The notes beneath the pieces were generated by a model. The model did not search any database and was not told the DNA's origin. It worked only from the letters and a program-made list of their open reading frames with translations. A stretch of 64,000 nucleotides of DNA. Source: Candidatus Obscuribacterales bacterium. Lineage in GTDB: Bacteria; Cyanobacteriota; Vampirovibrionia; Obscuribacterales; Obscuribacteraceae. The position numbers and the translations under genes were made by a program. The DNA is taken from the NCBI GenBank assembly GCA_965228855.1, contig CBDDIJ010000002.1, forward strand, positions 1,408,001 through 1,472,000, written 5' to 3'. Positions 57,843 through 64,000 of the stretch are shown piece by piece. How positions within the stretch are numbered: the stretch's first letter is position 1; every line of letters starts with the position of its first letter.

Positions 57843-58127
57843 ATGTCACAGAGAAAAGAGCTTCAACGGCGGCTCTATGGCTGCCTTGGTAAGGTGATAA
57901 TGCTAAGGCGGAAGCGTCTGGGAATATCACAAGAAGAATTGGCGAAAGATACCGGTGTTGACCGAGCTTTTATTAGCAGTATAGAGAATGGTAAGCGCAG
58001 TCCCAGTTTTGGTTCCGTTCAACGGATCGCGAGAGGTCTGAATATGCGATTCACCCGACTAGTGGACAATACTGAGCGTTGTTTCGAAAACCAGACCGAC
58101 ACAGATGGTCGTGCTCGATCCGCCTGA
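57843..58127 (+). CDS. XRE-family HTH transcriptional regulator
   Basis: RKRLGISQEELA...GVDRAFISSIENGKRSPS; GAGGT SD. Confidence 0.92.
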   Translation: MSQRKELQRRLYGCLGKVIMLRRKRLGISQEELAKDTGVDRAFISSIENGKRSPSFGSVQRIARGLNMRFTRLVDNTERCFENQTDTDGRARSA

Positions 58128-58137
58128 TAGCCAAGGA

Positions 58138-60243
58138 TTACGTGGCGCTAGTTTGTTTCTCCGTCTCTGCAATATCGCTGTCATTGGAGGCCGCGTCGCC
58201 ATTTGTTGCTTCCCCGCTGGTGGTGTCACCGTTGGTGGCAACTGGTTTTTCGACATCCGTGCCGGATGACATGCTGACGCTCGGGGTGTTCTTTAATGCC
58301 GGATTGAACTGACCGGGGATGTACTCGTATTCTTCTTCGGCTTGCACTGTTGAAGTAGCTTCCGGAAGAATAAAACTGAACGTCGAGCCCTCGCCGAGTG
58401 ACGATTTTACGTCGACGCGGCCGCCATGTTTTTCGATGATCTTCTTGACGATGGTTAGTCCAAGTCCGGTGCCTTTGATCGTATGCACTTTCTTTTCGAC
58501 GCGGAAGAAGCGGTCGAATACGTGATCAAGGCAGTCTTCCGGAATGCCGATGCCTGTATCTTCGATGTGAATCGCGACTTCTTTCGACTCGGTGAGGTGT
58601 TGTACGCGGACTGTGACGGAGCCACCGTTAGGTGTGTACTTGATCGCGTTAGTCAGCAGGTTGATGACGACGCGTTCGATTGATTCCTGGTTGATATCGA
58701 CCAGCGGGACATTCTCATCCGACTCGAATTTGAGATCGATACCTCTGTCCTTCGCCATCATCTTGAGCGAACGAATAGCGGTCTCGCATGCTCTGCGGAT
58801 TTCCATCGGGCAAAGGTCGAGGTCGCGGTCTGCTTCTTCGAGTTGGCTGAGCTGAAGAACATCGTTTACCAGGTACATCAAGCGATCGGCTTCGTTATCG
58901 ATGGTTTCCAAAAATTCGCGGTGGATATCCGGATCAAGTTTTTCGCCGTGATTGCAGAGCGTGTCAACGTAGCTCTTAATCGAAGTAATCGGTGTTCTTA
59001 ATTCGTGCGAAACATTGCTCATGAACTCGTTCTTCATGCGCTCTAATTCCGCCTGTTTCGTAATGTCCTGCATGATCATTACGGAGCCGAGAAACTCTTT
59101 GTTCAGCAGAATCGGAGCGCTGTGAATACGGACGATCCGCTCGAGAATGTTTACTTGCTGAACAATCGGTCCGACATTGATGCCCGGCGAGTACGAATCG
59201 GTGAAGGCTTGAATGACCTGGCAGATCATTGGTTGGTCAGGTCCTTCGGTGCAGAACACAAGCGGCTTTCCGAGCATCTCTTGCGCGTCTTTGTCGAACA
59301 GAATTGTAGCGGCGCGATTGACGATTTGAACTTTGTTGTCTCTGTCGCACACGACTACGCCATCGGCGATAGACATGAGAACAAGCTCCAGCTTGTTTCT
59401 CTCAGAGATGTATTTGTTTCTCTCCGCCATCAAATTGTCGACGTTGTGCTTGTCGTACAACTTCAATCGACTGGACATATAGTTGAAGGCGTTGACCAGC
59501 TCATCGATTTCCTTGCCCGCGCGTTGACCCGGAATTTGATATCCGAATCGACCGGCGGCGATTTCACTTGATCCACGTGATAGTACCCGTAGTGGCTTGT
59601 TGATCAAGGCATAGTTCGCCCAAACGCCCACGGCGCCAAGCATGCCGACGAGTACGAAGATTGACAAAAGGAAGTAACGCGTTTCGCGCGGCGTTCCTAA
59701 TATGGTGAACGAATTGTTGTCCAAGCCTACCCAGCAGATGCCGAGATCTTGTTGGTTTCTACGCATCAAAACAGCGATGTTTGTGATGCTTCTGTAGCCT
59801 TGCGGGCTTTCATACACTTCCGGTACTTCGTAGGTGTGAAGCGGCTGTTTCCAGATGGGGAAAACGTCTTCAAGATCTTTTTCCGAGTTCGGGTTCAAGA
59901 TGACGTTGCCGGTTTTATCGCAGTAGACAACGTATGCGATTGCCGGTGTGTGACCGCGCTCGGTCAAAATGTAGTAGCGCAAACCGTCGAGATTGCCTGT
60001 GTTCTGCAACGCTTCAGCACCGCCTCGAGCGAGTGCGTGCGCCAGTGCCAGACCAAACTGTTTAACCGAATCGTCGATCATATGCTGGGCGCGGTCGACC
60101 CATACCCACGCGGTGAATGTGACCAGACCGGCTACGCAGGTGAGACCCAACAACAGAAGTTGTTTCTGGATCGAAATTCTGCTCCAGGACAATCGCGCCC
60201 GGGCGACAAATTTTATGAAAGGATTCACCTGGTGAGTTTCCAC
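58138..60243 (-). CDS. NblS/Hik33-like sensor histidine kinase (two TMs, HAMP, PAS, HisKA, HATPase)
   Basis: HAMP (KPL..L..G..EIA.G.F...FN.M..RL), NKLELVLMSIADG PAS start, SNVSHELRTP, NLLTNAIKYT, FFRVEKKVHTIKGTGLGL resembling cyanobacterial NblS. Confidence 0.85.
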   Translation of the reverse strand: METHQVNPFIKFVARARLSWSRISIQKQLLLLGLTCVAGLVTFTAWVWVDRAQHMIDDSVKQFGLALAHALARGGAEALQNTGNLDGLRYYILTERGHTPAIAYVVYCDKTGNVILNPNSEKDLEDVFPIWKQPLHTYEVPEVYESPQGYRSITNIAVLMRRNQQDLGICWVGLDNNSFTILGTPRETRYFLLSIFVLVGMLGAVGVWANYALINKPLRVLSRGSSEIAAGRFGYQIPGQRAGKEIDELVNAFNYMSSRLKLYDKHNVDNLMAERNKYISERNKLELVLMSIADGVVVCDRDNKVQIVNRAATILFDKDAQEMLGKPLVFCTEGPDQPMICQVIQAFTDSYSPGINVGPIVQQVNILERIVRIHSAPILLNKEFLGSVMIMQDITKQAELERMKNEFMSNVSHELRTPITSIKSYVDTLCNHGEKLDPDIHREFLETIDNEADRLMYLVNDVLQLSQLEEADRDLDLCPMEIRRACETAIRSLKMMAKDRGIDLKFESDENVPLVDINQESIERVVINLLTNAIKYTPNGGSVTVRVQHLTESKEVAIHIEDTGIGIPEDCLDHVFDRFFRVEKKVHTIKGTGLGLTIVKKIIEKHGGRVDVKSSLGEGSTFSFILPEATSTVQAEEEYEYIPGQFNPALKNTPSVSMSSGTDVEKPVATNGDTTSGEATNGDAASNDSDIAETEKQTSAT

Positions 60244-60394
60244 GTCCCTGAAAGGATATACAGCAATTGTAGTTCAATTTTTCGCTCTGGCGAGCTTTCT
60301 CAAGCTACGTGAACCCCGGTTTTTACGGTTTAGATCACCGTTGCCAAGGGAAAGTTTATCTTGAGCGTAGTTATAAGGCGTCTGGAGAGCAATC

Positions 60395-61195
60395 GTGAAG
60401 GATTTAAGTGCGACAAAACGGCACGTGCAGCCGAGCTCTTTCTTCTTTACAGAAGACGAGGTCAATGACCTGGTCCGAGACAACATGCCGCTTGTGCGGC
60501 AGATCGCCAGACGTTACAGTCAGTGTTATCCCGACAGCTTCGAGGATCTGGTGCAGGTCGGCTCCATCGGTTTGCTGAAGGCGATTAACTACTACGATCC
60601 CAACCGCACCCGTGCTGCTAGTTTTCGAACTCTCGCCACCTGCTATATTCGCGGCGAGATTCGGCATTACCTCCGCGACCATGCATCTATTGTGCAAGTT
60701 CCGCGGAAACTGACTGAGATTAACGCGCAGATCAGTCAGTTGGAGGAGCGCCTGACCAAGAGCTTGAATCGCTCTCCGTCGGTCAGTGAGTTGTCCGCTC
60801 ATTCCGGTTTCACCGTGCGCGAGATTTTAGATGCCCAGCAGTCCTGGGAAGCCAGGCTGCATTATGAATCTCTGGATGGCGCTGAAGATGACGATCGCGA
60901 CGACCACCGAGGTCTCTCGGAGGTTGTGGCTGATCGTAAGTATATGGAGCTGCTCAAGATGTCTGAGGACAGAGAACTCTTGACGCAAGCTCTCAAGAAT
61001 CTGGGGGAGAAAACAAGGCAAATCGTTGAGTTCGTCTTCTTTTACGACCTTTCCCAGAAAGAAACCGCTTGTGTGCTCGGGCTTTCCGAGATGGGAGTTT
61101 CGCGAGCGGTTCATAGCGGTTTGAAGAACCTCCGTGAAGTGATTGTTGCGGAAGCAGCAGCGAAAGCGGAAAAGAAAAAGCACTCTAAGGACTGA
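60395..61195 (+). CDS. Group 3 RNA polymerase sigma factor (SigB/SigF type)
   Basis: N.PLVR.IARRY, FEDLVQVGSIGLLKAI, YIRGEIRHYLRD, LSQKE.A..LG.S.M.VSR. Confidence 0.93.
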   Translation: MKDLSATKRHVQPSSFFFTEDEVNDLVRDNMPLVRQIARRYSQCYPDSFEDLVQVGSIGLLKAINYYDPNRTRAASFRTLATCYIRGEIRHYLRDHASIVQVPRKLTEINAQISQLEERLTKSLNRSPSVSELSAHSGFTVREILDAQQSWEARLHYESLDGAEDDDRDDHRGLSEVVADRKYMELLKMSEDRELLTQALKNLGEKTRQIVEFVFFYDLSQKETACVLGLSEMGVSRAVHSGLKNLREVIVAEAAAKAEKKKHSKD

Positions 61196-61456
61196 AGATA
61201 ACTCGTTGCAACTGTTTAGCTGTCGTGCTTCCCTGGTCCCAAACCTGGTTGGGCGCTTTGATAGCAGGGTTTGACCGCATGTTTGTCGAATACGCGTCTG
61301 GTGATTGATCCGATACGCATCGAGCTCGAACCGGACGAATTTATATTAAATCGGTTCGGTTGGGCTGTTCAGGTTGTTGACATTCCCTTAGACCCTGCTA
61401 ACATTCAACGTTTCATGGGCACCTGGTGTCGATGACCGTCTGTGAAGTGTGCTTTT

Positions 61457-61786
61457 ATGCTTAACAAACATCTGTTTCAACAAGAAAGTAGTCTGGACGA
61501 AGTCCGAATGTTTCCGTCCGCTGACGACCGCGCGGTCGTTCTGGACGAATTGGACGACTATCTCAAAACAATCCTGAAGTTCAAGATCCGTGAGTTCATT
61601 CATTTGAACCCTTGCTTTGAGGCTATTCCCTCGATTGATGTGCGGCGCTATCCGATAGATGTTCGTAACTATCGGCGTCTGCTCTTGCTTGAGCAGAACA
61701 TTCCTCAGCACAAAACGGTCGAGTGCCACAACAAGAAACGCGTCAAAGCAACACGCCGTCGCATCTTGCGCTACTTAGCAGTTTAG
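61457..61786 (+). CDS. Hypothetical protein
   Basis: About 110-aa ORF (track start 61442), preceded by TTGACA-N16-TAACAT at 61377-61404. Confidence 0.55.
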   Translation: MLNKHLFQQESSLDEVRMFPSADDRAVVLDELDDYLKTILKFKIREFIHLNPCFEAIPSIDVRRYPIDVRNYRRLLLLEQNIPQHKTVECHNKKRVKATRRRILRYLAV

Positions 61787-62145
61787 TTTCAACTCAATCT
61801 CTATTACTTGAAACCGTTTTCGCCTCACGTGAAGACCGTCTTGCGATGAAGTAATTCGCCATACCATGCGTCTCTTCTAGAGGTGTATGGCGTGGTCTTG
61901 CTTCCAGGTGCTTCCTGCGTCCATGCAGGTCTCGGTATGGTGCTGCGAGTTTAGTTATGCCGCTTGCCGAATAACCAATCGGCGTTTCCGTATGCGGTAT
62001 TGCCGTGGTCAGTTTTGATACCGCCAGCAGAATGGCGTGAATAAAAAATTGATAAAGTGCCTTGGCTGCCGGGGCGGAAGAAAGCGATTGTTAATGACTG
62101 ACAACGAGATGTTTCGTCACAGTCAGACCCAGCCTATTTTGATCC

Positions 62146-62180
62146 AAAAGAAGAAGCCCGTCACCATTTGCGACGAGCCC
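62146..62180 (-). terminator. Putative terminator downstream of tRNA-Pro
   Basis: Minus strand GGGCTCGTCGC-AAATG-GTGACGGGCTT followed by CTTTT; stem includes G-U pairs. Confidence 0.55.
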
Positions 62181-62193
62181 TGGCTTCCTGTTA

Positions 62194-62268
62194 TGGTCGG
62201 GACGAGAGGAATTGAACCTCCGGCCTCACCCACCCCAAAGGTGCGCGCTACCCCTGCGCCACGTCCCG
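62194..62268 (-). tRNA. tRNA-Pro (GGG)
   Basis: Acceptor CGGGACG/CGTCCCG, D arm GCGC/GCGC, anticodon stem CACCT/GGGTG with loop TT-GGG-GT, T arm GGAGG-TTCAATT-CCTCT, encoded ACCA end. Confidence 0.96.
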
Positions 62269-62419
62269 ATAAGTTCGTTTTGGGTGGATAGTTAAGGTGG
62301 GCCGCTGACGACATTATAGTACATTGGTACAATCGATAGTTGGAGTGCCAGCAGTCACACACAAATCCATACGCGCATCTCGTTCTTATATCTCGACAAC
62401 TGCTCATGACTGAAAATTT

Positions 62420-64000
62420 GTGACCCAAGAAGGTACTCGAAAAGGCAACACTGGACCAGTTTCTGGAGATGATCCAGCACATCCTTCCAATCTCTTTAAT
62501 TTCGAGTTGGATGAGTTTCAGCTCGATGCTATTCGCTGTCTCCAGGAAGGAAAGAGCGTTGTAGTCTGCGCTCCTACTGGCGCTGGCAAAACGGTTATCG
62601 CCGAATACGCCGTAGAGATGGCGCTGATGCAGAACAAGCGGTGCTTCTACACGACGCCGCTCAAAGCGCTTTCCAACCAGAAGTTGTATGACTTCAAGAT
62701 GAAGTTCGGTGAGGATAGGGTCGGTTTGCTGACCGGCGATATATCCATCAATCGCGACGCTTCAATTGTAGTCATGACTACCGAAGTTTTCCGCAACATG
62801 CTTTACGGCACCATCCTTGGTGAGGTCGGAAAGAATTTGCGCGACGTGGCGTATGTGGTGCTCGATGAATGTCATTATATGAATGACTCCGAGCGCGGCA
62901 CGGTTTGGGAAGAATCGATTATATACGCGCCTACCGATGTGCAACTGGTGGCACTTTCTGCGACCGTTGCCAACGCGGATGAACTGACCACCTGGATTGA
63001 TGAAACACATGGTGCCACGGAGCTCGTAGTCTCCAATTTCAGACCTGTGCCGCTTCGTTTCCACTACTTCGGCGACCAGAGAATTTACCCGTTGCTTAAC
63101 CCGGGTGGTGGCGTCAATACTTTGTTGAAAAACCGATTCGGCAAACGCAAGAAGCCGGACAAATTTCAAAAACGGCGCCCTGGCGGTCATAACATAGGCA
63201 CTCATCCCGCGGATGTTTTAGCCGTTCTATCTGCACGCAACATGTTGCCTGCTATCTACTTCTTGTTCTCTCGACGAGGATGCGAAGAGTCGATGAAGCG
63301 CGCTCGGGGGATTCCACTGGTTTCCGACGAAGAGGCGCAACAGCTGCGAGCTGCGGTCGATGAGTTTACGACCGCGAACCCAAATTTAAAAAACCATCCG
63401 CACATTCCATATCTCTATGAAGGTATGGCTGTGCACCACGCCGGAATGTTACCGAGTTGGAAAGGCATGGTTGAGAAGCTCTTCCAGAAGGGGCTGTTGA
63501 AGGCAGTTTTCGCGACTGAAACACTTGCGGCTGGTATTAACATGCCGGCGCGCTCGACAGTAATTAGTTCACTTACAAAGCGTGCCGATGACGGGCATCG
63601 ATTTTTAACGGCGTCCGAGTTTCTCCAAATGTCCGGTCGGGCTGGGCGTCGCGGCATGGACGAAGTTGGACACGTCGTCGTACTTCATAGCTCATTCGAG
63701 TCATGCGAAGATGCGGCGAAGCTCGCTACTGCTTCGGCGGATCCTCTGTCGAGCCGCTTCACGCCTTCTTATGGGATGGTGTTGAACCTGTTGGAGCGTC
63801 ACACGCTGGACGACGCTCGCGATTTAATCGAGAGAAGTTTTGGTCAGTTTAAAACCAATCATGAGTTGGAGCCGCTTTACGAGGCACGCATGCGTCTGGA
63901 AGCTGAACTTCAGACTTTGCAAGGACCTCTGTGTCCTGGTGAGATCGGCGATTTAGGTTTATACGCAAAGCGACTTGGAGCGATCAGATCGAAACACAAG
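62420..64000 (+). CDS. Ski2/HelY-like DEAD/DEAH RNA helicase; 3' part runs off the window
   Basis: Read manually. GTG 62420, FELDEFQ, APTGAGKT, YTTPLKALSNQK, MTTE, LDECHY, LSAT, HHAG, ATETLA.GINMP, QMSGRAGRRG. Confidence 0.93.
   Translation, partial: MTQEGTRKGNTGPVSGDDPAHPSNLFNFELDEFQLDAIRCLQEGKSVVVCAPTGAGKTVIAEYAVEMALMQNKRCFYTTPLKALSNQKLYDFKMKFGEDRVGLLTGDISINRDASIVVMTTEVFRNMLYGTILGEVGKNLRDVAYVVLDECHYMNDSERGTVWEESIIYAPTDVQLVALSATVANADELTTWIDETHGATELVVSNFRPVPLRFHYFGDQRIYPLLNPGGGVNTLLKNRFGKRKKPDKFQKRRPGGHNIGTHPADVLAVLSARNMLPAIYFLFSRRGCEESMKRARGIPLVSDEEAQQLRAAVDEFTTANPNLKNHPHIPYLYEGMAVHHAGMLPSWKGMVEKLFQKGLLKAVFATETLAAGINMPARSTVISSLTKRADDGHRFLTASEFLQMSGRAGRRGMDEVGHVVVLHSSFESCEDAAKLATASADPLSSRFTPSYGMVLNLLERHTLDDARDLIERSFGQFKTNHELEPLYEARMRLEAELQTLQGPLCPGEIGDLGLYAKRLGAIRSKHK

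Noticed and set aside
54200..62268. Integrated element or prophage at tRNA-Pro
   Set aside because: No integrase, no duplicated tRNA 3' end noticed, and core-type genes lie next to the tRNA.

Overview
A chromosomal window of mostly housekeeping and accessory genes. I found no rRNA, CRISPR array, integrase or transposase. Cyanobacteria-type genes (NblS/Hik33-like kinase, Cdv3-like gene after coaD, SigF-like sigma factor) occur alongside fermentative adhE and no photosynthesis genes. That points, by inference, to a non-photosynthetic Vampirovibrionia/Melainabacteria (Obscuribacterales-like) genome. Recognisable content: a glycogen/trehalose operon (treZ, malQ-treY fusion, glgX), dnaK, a cyclophilin, nagB, adhE, a STAS/ABC-2/MlaC-like cluster, a DHH phosphoesterase, citrate synthase, an RDD/SpoIIM pair, a class A beta-lactamase-like serine hydrolase, coaD, tRNA-Pro(GGG) and a HelY-type helicase. 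Most interesting: (1) a DUF692/MNIO RiPP cluster (bufferin-like) whose Cys-rich precursor has a lipobox, lies divergent from a soluble two-component pair and has a hairpin over its ribosome-binding site; (2) a solitary, shortened BREX PglX-like methyltransferase; (3) a 760-aa protein made of three copies of an unrecognised domain interrupted by acidic and RG-rich disordered inserts; (4) several apparent pseudoenzymes (GH77 domain fused to TreY, MBL-fold protein, GGDEF, STAS, GH-like protein). All family calls come from recalled motifs, not database searches.
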